DNA from: Desulfatiglandales bacterium
GTDB taxonomy: Bacteria > Desulfobacterota > DSM-4660 > Desulfatiglandales > HGW-15
Direction: 5' to 3'
Assembly: GCA_963667015.2 (NCBI GenBank)
Contig: CAXXJJ010000001.1
Location: 64,001 to 128,000, forward strand
DNA: 64,000 nucleotides
In this document: piece after piece, positions 19,102 through 27,967 of the stretch
Layout: each line of letters starts with the position of its first letter
How positions within the stretch are numbered: position 1 is the first letter of the stretch
The notes under the pieces: model-generated
The model's database searches: none
The model's input: only the letters and a program-made list of their open reading frames with translations
What the model was told of the DNA's origin: nothing
Position numbers and translations under genes: made by a program

Positions 19102-19411
19102 TTTTCTGGTTTGACAGCTCCTTTATCCAAAGAGGGATATTCCTTTTTGTCCACCGTGCAAAACGATATTTGTATTCCTCATTTAATGCTTTGGCAAGTT
19201 TTTTGAGCCAGAGAAAGTTATCATATGAATGCTCAGCCCATATGACACATGGATGCTTCTAGCGTGTGGGTTTGTAGAGTGTTTGAAAACCATGCTTATA
19301 TAAAGCGGTACACAGGATTTGTACACTCTCAAGTATCATTTTAATGACATGCTGATCGCAGTGGTATTTGGCACATTTTTTTATGTTGTAATCAAGAATG
19401 AAGATGTTCAT
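19091..19411 (-). pseudogene. Pyrimidine-dimer DNA glycosylase/endonuclease V family, disrupted by in-frame TAG (19259-19261) and apparent internal deletion
   Basis: MNIFILD..CAKYHCDQHVIKMILESVQILCT..YKPTR*KHPCVIWAEHSYDNFLWL..LNEEYKYRF-ARWTKRNIPLW; the frame stays open for 55 codons past the TAG. Confidence 0.75.
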
Positions 19412-19421
19412 TTTTCGGAAT

Positions 19422-19450
19422 AAAAAAACAGGGCCTTTATGACCCTGTTT
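19422..19450 (-). terminator. Rho-independent terminator after the 52-aa ORF
   Basis: Minus strand CAGGGTC-ATAAA-GGCCCTG followed by T7. Confidence 0.65.
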
Positions 19451-19476
19451 AATCACAAAATATATTTTTTATTTTT

Positions 19477-19635
19477 TTAATCGCCAATCGGAATAGCCAT
19501 TGATGCATCATCCATACAGTTTTTAAGATCCGCCTCATCTACTTTTTTAGGATCTTTGAGGTCTTCAATCCGGCAAACAAACTCGTTTCCTGCCTTGTCC
19601 TTAACCCAAACAAATCTTTGTTCATGTTCTGACAT
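19477..19635 (-). CDS. Small 52-aa protein not in the ORF track
   Basis: AAGGAGG RBS before ATG; MSEHEQRFVWVKDKAGNEFVCRIEDLKDPKKVDEADLKNCMDDASMAIPIGD; own terminator downstream. Confidence 0.75.
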   Translation of the reverse strand: MSEHEQRFVWVKDKAGNEFVCRIEDLKDPKKVDEADLKNCMDDASMAIPIGD

Positions 19636-19773
19636 TGTGAATCCTCCTTTTTTTTGGTTGTTTAAAAAAATTTAAAGCCTTATCAAAAGTTGTCAATTTC
19701 TGTAACTATTAAAAGGCACCCGATAAACATTCTTCTTTCTTTTATACAAACAAATTTATTCAAAAATATGCGC

Positions 19774-20148
19774 CTATTGACCTGTCCCGACAAGGGGTAG
19801 TTCTTTGGTTATTTCAAAAAAAACCAGGTATCTGTTCTCACCGGCCTCTGAAGTATAACCTCTCCTCTGGAGTTCCTTTATTAAAGGGCTGTTTTCTTCC
19901 TCCTTTAACTTCTTGAGAAATAACCTTTTACCCTTGTAACCTTTTCCATCTTCAATAAACAGATAAACCGCGTTTGGATTTGAATTAAGGTTATGGTGGG
20001 TGAGGCGGTCACGCATTATAAAGGCCAGAGACCCATCATCCATGAAATGAGGCTTGGCATATATTGCAGAATCGACATTTCCTGAAGAATCAGAGGTTGA
20101 AAGAACGCCTTTTCCACTGGTTGAACTGAAATATTCTTTAATAGTCAT
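19774..20148 (-). CDS. Pyridoxamine 5'-phosphate oxidase-like (split-barrel FMN-binding) protein
   Basis: GVLSTSDSSGNVDSAIYAKP, RLTHHNLNSNPNA; GGAGG RBS. Confidence 0.8.
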   Translation of the reverse strand: MTIKEYFSSTSGKGVLSTSDSSGNVDSAIYAKPHFMDDGSLAFIMRDRLTHHNLNSNPNAVYLFIEDGKGYKGKRLFLKKLKEEENSPLIKELQRRGYTSEAGENRYLVFFEITKELPLVGTGQ

Positions 20149-20276
20149 ATTTTTCCTCCAAACAATTATACTGTCAAATTATTATCAGGTTATTTTATTG
20201 TTAACTAAAATATGTACGATCAGGAATTTGTCCAGCCAATCTTAATAATAAGCCCGGGAGAAATTTAAAAAAATTA

Positions 20277-20948
20277 TTAATATATATCCTGTTGTATTCT
20301 TTTCTGATCCTCAACCAATTTAACTCCAAGATTAAATGCATTTTCACAGTCAACAGGAAATATCTCTTCACGGCGTTTTTTCTTTTTTGATTCATCAATG
20401 CCTTCAGCAACAACCATTGAGTAATCCTCAAACTGATAAGTATCATAACTCATAAGGGACTCGGCTTTACCCAAAACCATGCCCATTATCTCTTCATTGC
20501 TTTTAAAAAGCCTGTCATATCCTACTTTGGTACTGAACTCTTCAGGGCAGTTCATTGTATATATCAATCCAATACTTATTTTTCGGGGATAAAGGGTTTG
20601 AGGAGGCATGGTGTATATTAGATAGGGGAAAAGCAGTCGTTCAATAAAGGATCTCAATTCTCCAGTCACATCACCAAAATAAATCGGTGATCCAAGAAAA
20701 AGAACATCTATATCCTTTATTTTCTCATAGACCTGTGTCATACCGTCCTTTAAAACACAATTTCCGTAGCTTTTGCCACCCTTTGTTTTACAGGAGAAGC
20801 AACTTATACAGCCCTTATATTCATAATCATAAAGGTGGATGATTTCAGTCTCTGCTCCTTTTGACATTGCACCTTCGAGAGCTTTATTTAAAAGAGTCCC
20901 TGTGTTCCATTCCTTTCTGGGGCTACCATTAATGGCAATTGCCTTCAT
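20277..20948 (-). CDS. Flavodoxin-like iron-sulfur flavoprotein / NADPH-dependent FMN reductase family
   Basis: INGSPRKEWNT, GCISCFSCK...C, LGSPIYFGDVTG. Confidence 0.85.
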   Translation of the reverse strand: MKAIAINGSPRKEWNTGTLLNKALEGAMSKGAETEIIHLYDYEYKGCISCFSCKTKGGKSYGNCVLKDGMTQVYEKIKDIDVLFLGSPIYFGDVTGELRSFIERLLFPYLIYTMPPQTLYPRKISIGLIYTMNCPEEFSTKVGYDRLFKSNEEIMGMVLGKAESLMSYDTYQFEDYSMVVAEGIDESKKKKRREEIFPVDCENAFNLGVKLVEDQKRIQQDIY

Positions 20949-21004
20949 TAGAATCCCTCCACTTTAAGTTGTAAGCAAAATTAGATGGTTGTATCATCTT
21001 AAAA

Positions 21005-22531
21005 TCAAAACACTATTCCATCATTTTTCATTAAAAGGCCTGCTGAGATTTTACCAGATTCATAAATTGTGGGTAGTCCGCTTCCCGGATGTGTGCCTCC
21101 GCCCACAAGGTAGCAGTTATCAAACTCTTCAAATTTGTTATGCGGCCTGAAATAAAGCATCTGCCTCATACTGTGGGCAAGGTTGAAGGTCGCACCAAGG
21201 TAAACCGAATGCTCATCTTCCCAGTCATCCGGGGTAACAATTTTTTCCTCTTCAATGTTATCCGCCAACCCGGTGTAATTACCCTTTGTCTCAAGTGCTT
21301 CAATAACTTTATTTCTAAAGTCAACTTTTTCCCTGTTCCAGTCAATTTTTCCCTTATTGTTCGGAACAGGAACCAGGACATATATAGTACTTTTTCCTTC
21401 AGGGGCTATAGTTGAATCAGTTACAGATGCGTTTTGTACGTAGAATGAAAAGTCTTCGGAAAGGACCTTGTCCTGGGTGATCTCGTCAATATTTCGTTTA
21501 TAATCCTCCGCAAAAATGATGCTGTGGTGGGGAAGATTCCTGTATTCCTTATTAACCCCCAGGTAGAGCATATAGGTAGAGCATGAATAGTCCTTGCTCA
21601 TAAGTTTTTCATCGGTCCACTTTTGCCTGTCATTTTTATCCACAATATTTGTCATGGCATGTGCAAAGTCTGCATTTATTATCAAATAGTCAGCCTTTTC
21701 AATTTTTCCGTTTTCAAGCTCGACACCAACAGCTTTTCTGTTTTCTATAATAATCTTTTTTACAGGAGTTTTCAGGTGAATTCTGCCACCTGAATGTTTA
21801 AATGCTTCAGCCATGCCATGAGACAACCTGTTTAAACCTCCTGTAACATGATAAATACCCCCTCCATGTTCAATGTAGGAGATGATGCTGAAGAGCCCGG
21901 GAGCACTCCATGGAGACATTCCTATATATTTTGCCTGAAAAGTGAAGGCTATTCTAATATCAGGATCATCAAAATATCTTGAAAGAACTCCGTAAAGATT
22001 TGTATGAACATCAAGGTAGGGCAGGGCCTGAAGTAAATTTTTTGAAAAAAAATCACTTATTTTTCCATAGGGAATGGAAAGGCATGGTACAAGCCTCTGG
22101 TATTTTTTTTCTTCTTTTTCCAGATATTTAAGGTAACCATTGAAGCTTCCGGGGGAAAAGCTTTCCATAGTCTGTTTCATCTTCTCCCTGTCCGGTGAGG
22201 GGTAAAGTTCTCTTCCGTCGGCAAATTTTAAACGGTACATGGGGTCAAGCCTTATCGTTTCGACAAAATCCTCAAGCCTTTTTCCTGATTTTTCAAAGAC
22301 ATCTTCAAGTACATCCTTCATCATTAAAAAGGTAGGGCCGATATCAAATGTATATTCTCCGAGCTTGAAGTAAGAATTTCTTCCTCCGACCCTGTCCTCT
22401 TTTTCGTAGATATCCACGGAATATCCTTTTGCGGCAAGCAACATGGCTGCAGAAAGACCTCCGGGTCCTGCACCTATTATTATAATTCTTTTATCTGCTG
22501 ATGAGTTGTTTTTCGGGGATCGAGAAACCAC
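21005..22531 (-). CDS. crtN: Carotenoid desaturase, CrtN/CrtI family (likely diapophytoene desaturase)
   Basis: IIGAGPGGLSAA, YTFDIGPTFLMM, YSCSTYMLYLG, LVGGGTHPGSGLPTIYESG; C30 partner genes nearby. Confidence 0.75.
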   Translation of the reverse strand: MVSRSPKNNSSADKRIIIIGAGPGGLSAAMLLAAKGYSVDIYEKEDRVGGRNSYFKLGEYTFDIGPTFLMMKDVLEDVFEKSGKRLEDFVETIRLDPMYRLKFADGRELYPSPDREKMKQTMESFSPGSFNGYLKYLEKEEKKYQRLVPCLSIPYGKISDFFSKNLLQALPYLDVHTNLYGVLSRYFDDPDIRIAFTFQAKYIGMSPWSAPGLFSIISYIEHGGGIYHVTGGLNRLSHGMAEAFKHSGGRIHLKTPVKKIIIENRKAVGVELENGKIEKADYLIINADFAHAMTNIVDKNDRQKWTDEKLMSKDYSCSTYMLYLGVNKEYRNLPHHSIIFAEDYKRNIDEITQDKVLSEDFSFYVQNASVTDSTIAPEGKSTIYVLVPVPNNKGKIDWNREKVDFRNKVIEALETKGNYTGLADNIEEEKIVTPDDWEDEHSVYLGATFNLAHSMRQMLYFRPHNKFEEFDNCYLVGGGTHPGSGLPTIYESGKISAGLLMKNDGIVF

Positions 22532-22723
22532 AGGCCTTCTCCTTTTCAGTATTGAAGATAAGGTATGAGATCATGGATCAACAAAACAATAGATTTTAGT
22601 ATACATTATTTGAGTTAAAATTTCATTTTATTGTGAAGCGCGAGGTCTAATATCTCGTAGCTTGTGACGATTCAACAGATTTATTCCTTATTTGATACCC
22701 CGCTGCTTGCGGCGGGATATTCA

Positions 22724-24256
22724 TTAAGGCTGTTCATGCACACATTCATCCCCCTGGAATGGAAAAACCTTGAACTCTTCAGGTTTTAGAGATCGTTTTA
22801 TGGAAAGCACGATATTTTTCAGCATTCCTTTAAAGACAATATTGTGAAAAGGATAAACGAGGTACCAGTAAAAAAGCCCTGCAAGACCGCGGGGACTGAA
22901 TCGTGCAATTATTCTGAGTTCGACTTTCCCCTCCGGTTTATCCAGGATGTGAAACTCCAGCATTGCCTCTCCGGGCAGCTTCATCTCAGAAAACAGTCTC
23001 AAAAGTATTGGTTCCCTCATGTTGAGCACCCTGAAAAAATCAAGAGTATCCCCTTCTCCCAGATCAACCGGGTGGCGCCGTCCCCTGTTTAATCCGGCTC
23101 CTCCGATCATACGGTCAAAAAAACCGCGAAGTTTCCACAGGAAACTGCCGTAAAAATAACCGGTCTCACCACCTATGCTTATTAAGCGGTTCCAGATTTC
23201 TTCCCTTGTTATTCCTTTAAAGGATATTGCATATCCTGCCTCCTTTAAACTTCCTCCGGCATAGGGGGCATCTCCGCAATGAAGCCATTCCGGTACATCA
23301 ATAAAACCTGAGTCGCTCCAGCATGATTCTACACAGTTATCCCTAGCTCTGCCCAGTGCCAGATTAATTGCTGTCCTGCAGTCAATCAGTTCCTGGGGAA
23401 TTATTTTCTGTATTTCAGATTCCCGGCACACTACCGGATTTCTAAGTCCTTCAGCAAGAGGTCTTGCAATATATGATGGAACAGGTGTTATCAGGTTTAT
23501 CCAGTAGGAACTCAACCTGGGGGAGAGCACGGGGACAGGAATTATAAAACGGTGTTTAATTCCGGCCTCTTTCGCATAGATTTTCATAAGGCTGCCGTAT
23601 GTTAGGATATCCGGACCCCCAATATCAAATACCCGGCCGGTTGTTTCATCATTTTCCAGGCACCCTTCAAGATATTTCAGTACGTTTCTTATGGCAATGG
23701 GCTGGACCGGGTTATGGACCCACCGCGGGGTTATCATAACAGGCAGTCTTTCCACAAGGTATCTTAATATCTCAAATGAGGCGCTGCCTGAACCAAGAAT
23801 CATTGCAGCTCGAAGAACAGTGACCGGGACGGATCCCGAGCTGAGAATTTCCGCCACTTCTGCCCTTGATCTGAGGTGTTTACTCAGGCCTGAATCCTTT
23901 TCTCCCAGGCCGCTCAGATATATTATCTTCTCCAGTCTGTTTTTCTCCGCCGCCTTAACCATATTTTGCGCCGCGATTCTGTCGGTTTCAGAAAAGTCTC
24001 TGCTTTGAGGATTCATGGAATGGACAAGATAATAGGCGGCCCTGCAGTTTTTAAGAGCATTTTCCAGAGAGTTGTATTCAAGCATGTCTGCCTGAACTAC
24101 TTCTACCCGGGGATTTTTTGCCCAGGGACGTGATTTTATCTTATCAATAGACCTGCCGGCTACCTTTACACTGTATCCTGAAGAAAGGAGGCGGTTTACC
24201 AGCCTTCCTCCCACATATCCGGTCGAGCCTGTAACCATAATTTGTCCTGATTTCAT
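22724..24256 (-). CDS. NAD(P)-binding atypical SDR with C-terminal DUF2867-like domain (YbjT-like)
   Basis: VTGSTGYVGGRL, AYYLVHSM, LRAAMILGSGSASFE, LWKLRGFFDRMIGG, EMKLPGEA. Start trimmed to MKSGQIM at 24256. Confidence 0.85.
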   Translation of the reverse strand: MKSGQIMVTGSTGYVGGRLVNRLLSSGYSVKVAGRSIDKIKSRPWAKNPRVEVVQADMLEYNSLENALKNCRAAYYLVHSMNPQSRDFSETDRIAAQNMVKAAEKNRLEKIIYLSGLGEKDSGLSKHLRSRAEVAEILSSGSVPVTVLRAAMILGSGSASFEILRYLVERLPVMITPRWVHNPVQPIAIRNVLKYLEGCLENDETTGRVFDIGGPDILTYGSLMKIYAKEAGIKHRFIIPVPVLSPRLSSYWINLITPVPSYIARPLAEGLRNPVVCRESEIQKIIPQELIDCRTAINLALGRARDNCVESCWSDSGFIDVPEWLHCGDAPYAGGSLKEAGYAISFKGITREEIWNRLISIGGETGYFYGSFLWKLRGFFDRMIGGAGLNRGRRHPVDLGEGDTLDFFRVLNMREPILLRLFSEMKLPGEAMLEFHILDKPEGKVELRIIARFSPRGLAGLFYWYLVYPFHNIVFKGMLKNIVLSIKRSLKPEEFKVFPFQGDECVHEQP

Positions 24257-24360
24257 GATGAAGTTCCTTTTACAAATAATAAAAATTTTAATACTGTAAA
24301 AACTGACCGCATACCTGCAGGAAAAAAAATAGTATATACATTGTTTATAAGTTATGATGT

Positions 24361-24819
24361 ATGGCGACAAAAACAAGTGGTGATAAAAAAATGATTGAAA
24401 AAATGAAGCAAATAGTAATGGATGAAAAATATTGTGTCCTTGCAACTGCCATGAATAACAAGCCCCATTGCTCCCTTATGGCGTATACGGTTGGAGAAGA
24501 TTGTAAAAGGTTATACATGGTTACACATAAAGATTCTGATAAATATCGGAATCTCCAGACAAATGAGTCGGTAAGCCTGCTTATTGACACCAGGGGAAAC
24601 ACAAAAGAAAAATCAGCAAAAGCCTTAACTGTAAACGGCCGTTTTTTTGAAGTAACTGATGAAGATACTCTTAATCGTGTTAAGAGGGATCTTGCAGACC
24701 GCCATCCCGGGCTGCAGGTTTTTCTTAATGATGACTCATCATGTGTATTTTCCATAGAGATAGAGTCTTTACTGCTGCTTGACGGGTTCACTGATTCCTA
24801 TTATGAGCGCTTTGTTTAA
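24361..24819 (+). CDS. Pyridoxamine 5'-phosphate oxidase family protein
   Basis: CVLATAMNNKPHCSLMAY, KYRNLQTNESVSLLID. Confidence 0.8.
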   Translation: MATKTSGDKKMIEKMKQIVMDEKYCVLATAMNNKPHCSLMAYTVGEDCKRLYMVTHKDSDKYRNLQTNESVSLLIDTRGNTKEKSAKALTVNGRFFEVTDEDTLNRVKRDLADRHPGLQVFLNDDSSCVFSIEIESLLLLDGFTDSYYERFV

Positions 24820-24823
24820 ATTA

Positions 24824-25693
24824 TTACTTCCCTGAATCAGCTGAATCATTGTCCTGATGTAAAATTTCATCCAGGAAACGATCCACCGCGTCAATATAGT
24901 TTTTTGAATCATACTCAAGGCCCTTTGCATGGGGTCCCGATATTAATACCTTCTTCTTTTTCACTGTTACGGCCTTTAACAGATCTTCGGCATCAGAAAG
25001 GGGTATGGCCCTGTCCTCATTGCTGTGTATGACAAGGGTCGGGCACCTGATGTTTTTCAGAAATGTACGGGTTTCAAATCTGGACCTTGTAAGGAGTCTT
25101 AAAGGCAGCCATTTCACAGCTCGGGATGCAACCTTTACAATAGAGGGAAAACCGCCTTCAAGTATAAGGGCAAAAGGGTTATAGTTTTGTGCAGTATGAG
25201 AGGCCATGGCGCATCCCAGCGACTGGCCAAGAAAAATTATTTTTTTTCCGGGATTTTTTTTCTCCCTTAACAGATATTCGCAGGCAGCCTCACTGTCTTT
25301 ATAGACACCTTCTTCTGTCGGCCATTTTTTCTGACTCTTTCCAAAACCCCGGTATCCGAATAAAAAGACATTAAATCCAATTCCTGTCAGTTGTTTCATC
25401 TGAGGTAAAAAATCAGACATGGTACCCTTATTTCCTGAAAACAGAAGGATAGTGAATCCCCTCCATTTTCCCTTCGGTTCTCCTTTTATCAACCATCCGT
25501 TAAGGAGCACCCTGTCCACGGTAGAAAAATATACATCCTCATATTGCAGATGAAAATCGGAAGGCGCTGCAGAGAGTTTTCGGGACGGGAAGATTATAAA
25601 GAATCTGTGAAAAACAAGATATCCAGTACATGTCATAATGTAGAATATCAGCAGAAAAACAGACAAGTATATCACTATTGTTTCCCAGGACAT
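24824..25693 (-). CDS. Membrane-anchored alpha/beta hydrolase
   Basis: N-terminal TM; YRGFGKS, nucleophile elbow GQSLG, IHSNED..IP, GPH. Confidence 0.8.
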   Translation of the reverse strand: MSWETIVIYLSVFLLIFYIMTCTGYLVFHRFFIIFPSRKLSAAPSDFHLQYEDVYFSTVDRVLLNGWLIKGEPKGKWRGFTILLFSGNKGTMSDFLPQMKQLTGIGFNVFLFGYRGFGKSQKKWPTEEGVYKDSEAACEYLLREKKNPGKKIIFLGQSLGCAMASHTAQNYNPFALILEGGFPSIVKVASRAVKWLPLRLLTRSRFETRTFLKNIRCPTLVIHSNEDRAIPLSDAEDLLKAVTVKKKKVLISGPHAKGLEYDSKNYIDAVDRFLDEILHQDNDSADSGK

Positions 25694-25708
25694 GTGTTGT
25701 TCTCTTTT

Positions 25709-27070
25709 TCAGTTAAAGATCCGATAGATTTTTTTTAACCATTTTATGGAATCTCCATATGGCGGGTAATGGAACCGTGGACCCCTGTATCCTGAACTCA
25801 TAATACTTCTATATTGTGAAAAACAGTCAAAGGAGGCCTTTCCGTGATATACACCCATGCCGCTTTCACCAACACCCCCAAAGGGAAGGTAATGTGTTGC
25901 CCCCTGTTTAACAGTCTCGTTGATGCCCACTGAACCCGATGGTATTGCCTGCATGATTTTTATTTGAAGAGCTTTATTTTTTGTAAACATATAGAGGGCA
26001 AGGGGATCAGTTCCATTTGCAAGTCTGGTTATAAGTGCATCAACATCTTTGAACTTTATGACAGGTAAGACAGGACCAAAAATTTCTTCCTTCATAATGT
26101 CAGCGTTTTCGGGAATATCTTCTACTACAGTCGGTTCAAAATAGAGACTCTTTTCATTGTATCGGCCGCCCGTGACAATTTTACAGCCTTTGCTTAAATA
26201 TGAAGCAAGTCTTTTTACATGGTCCTGGTTGATGATCCTCCCGTAATCCGGACTTTTCTCCGGGTCAGGACCATAGAAACGAAAAATAACTTCCTTAAGA
26301 GCGTCGATAAATTCATTATGTATGTTTTCATGGCAGTATACTGTGTCCGGTGCAATACATGTCTGTCCGGCATTCAGAAATTTTCCCCATGCGATACGCT
26401 CTGCAGAAACCCTGATGTCCGCATCATCGGAAACAATACAGGGGTTCTTTCCCCCCAGTTCAAGGGTAACAGGTGTCAGGTTTTCAGCCGCTCTGCCCAT
26501 TACTTTTTTACCCACCTTCGTGCTGCCGGTAAAAAAGATATGGTCCCATTTCAAATCAATCAGTTCTCTTGCTCCTTTATCTCTTCCGGGTACAACAGTG
26601 CAGTGGGAAGGATCAAATATGTTTTTTACCATGCTTTCAATTATCTTTGAGATTTCCGGGGTATGCTGCGACGGTTTTAACACTGCACAGTTTCCGGCTG
26701 CAAGGGCACCCACCAGCGGGACCATTATCAGCTGAAATGGATAATTCCATGGCCCCAGAATGAGCACAACTCCTTTGGGAAAGGGTTTGATGTAACTTTT
26801 AGCAGGCCAGAAAATCAGGGGTGTTTTTACTTTTCTCTTTTTAATCCAGCTGTGAATATTTTTGAGCGCATACCTGATTTCACTCAGGACATATCCAAGT
26901 TCCGATGCATAGGCTTCAGCTGCAGGTTTTCCAAGGTCGCTGTGCAGGGCATTGATAATTTCACCTTCACTTTTGATTATTTCATCCTTAAATTTTTCGA
27001 GACATTTTATTCTGAAGGACACTGGTATTGTAATTCCGGTATTGTAGAATTCTCTTAAAGAGTGGAGCAT
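25709..27070 (-). CDS. Aldehyde dehydrogenase (likely carotenoid-aldehyde dehydrogenase, AldH/CrtNc-like)
   Basis: GPWNYPF, FFTGS, TLELGGKNP, NAGQTCIAPD, EEIFGPVLP, LPFGGVGESG; lies between crtN and crtP. Confidence 0.85.
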   Translation of the reverse strand: MLHSLREFYNTGITIPVSFRIKCLEKFKDEIIKSEGEIINALHSDLGKPAAEAYASELGYVLSEIRYALKNIHSWIKKRKVKTPLIFWPAKSYIKPFPKGVVLILGPWNYPFQLIMVPLVGALAAGNCAVLKPSQHTPEISKIIESMVKNIFDPSHCTVVPGRDKGARELIDLKWDHIFFTGSTKVGKKVMGRAAENLTPVTLELGGKNPCIVSDDADIRVSAERIAWGKFLNAGQTCIAPDTVYCHENIHNEFIDALKEVIFRFYGPDPEKSPDYGRIINQDHVKRLASYLSKGCKIVTGGRYNEKSLYFEPTVVEDIPENADIMKEEIFGPVLPVIKFKDVDALITRLANGTDPLALYMFTKNKALQIKIMQAIPSGSVGINETVKQGATHYLPFGGVGESGMGVYHGKASFDCFSQYRSIMSSGYRGPRFHYPPYGDSIKWLKKIYRIFN

Positions 27071-27157
27071 TGACCGTCTCCTCTTAGAAAGTGCTATTCA
27101 TAAACAGCTTGTTATGACATAATACTTTATCAACGGTAATAAAATCCACCATTCATT

Positions 27158-27946
27158 ATGATAAATCGCAATATTTACATAATATCTGTTTTTTTTATTC
27201 TGCTGTCAGTCGGCCTTTTTGTTTCTGCAGACGAATCAAGTGACCTTATGGTAAGGGGGATTGATTGTTTCAACAGTGCCTACAACCACTGGGATGAAAA
27301 AGAATTCCTTTCAAGTCTTGATTTGTTTAAAGAGGCTTCCAGGGCAGGCCAGAATGACGGACTGGCAGAATACTGGTCAGGCGCTGTCTACTTTTTTCTG
27401 GCCCAGTATAACCTGTTTACATATGAAAAACCCACATACAAAAAACAGGGAATTGAAAATGTAAAAAAGGGCATTGAGGCCCTGACACGATCCATTGAGC
27501 TGGCCCCCGATTTCAGTGAGAGCTATGCGCTGCGCGGTGTATTAAGGGGTATACTTATTAAGATGAAACCTTCGTCAGTATTTACACAGGGGCGCAAAGT
27601 GGGTAAAGACCGCGACAAAGCCCTTGCTCTTGACAGGTTCAACCCCCGAGTTCATTACCTGACCGGTGTCAGTTTCTGGCATGCCCCTGAAATTCTGGGC
27701 GGGCGTGATAAGGCCCTGAAGCCTCTTCTTGAGGCAGAAAAATTATTTGAAAAGGAAAAAAAGAAGGCAAAAGGAAAGCTTCTTCCCAGTTGGGGGCAGA
27801 GCACATGTCTGGCATTTATCGGCGATATGTATCTGGAACAGAATAAAATCAGTAATGCCAGTGAGTATTACAACAAGGCACTGGAAATAAATCCGGAAGA
27901 TCCCCTGGCAAAGAGAGGATTAAAGAAACTGGGGTCATTAAAATAA
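27158..27946 (+). CDS. Exported tetratricopeptide-repeat protein
   Basis: Signal peptide; TPR-like helices (ALTRSIELAPDFSESYA, YNKALEINPEDP). Confidence 0.7.
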   Translation: MINRNIYIISVFFILLSVGLFVSADESSDLMVRGIDCFNSAYNHWDEKEFLSSLDLFKEASRAGQNDGLAEYWSGAVYFFLAQYNLFTYEKPTYKKQGIENVKKGIEALTRSIELAPDFSESYALRGVLRGILIKMKPSSVFTQGRKVGKDRDKALALDRFNPRVHYLTGVSFWHAPEILGGRDKALKPLLEAEKLFEKEKKKAKGKLLPSWGQSTCLAFIGDMYLEQNKISNASEYYNKALEINPEDPLAKRGLKKLGSLK

Positions 27947-27967
27947 TATAGATGAAAGGATCAGTTT

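Noticed and set aside
19259..19261. TAG as pyrrolysine
   Set aside because: Not a known Pyl family, and the gene also appears internally deleted; nonsense mutation is simpler. Not fully excluded without checking pyl genes.
24257..24445. N-terminal 63 aa of the 573-aa SDR ORF, and the similar extensions 5204..5431 and 10919..11014
   Set aside because: They overlap divergent genes or promoter DNA; homology or the RBS points to downstream ATGs.
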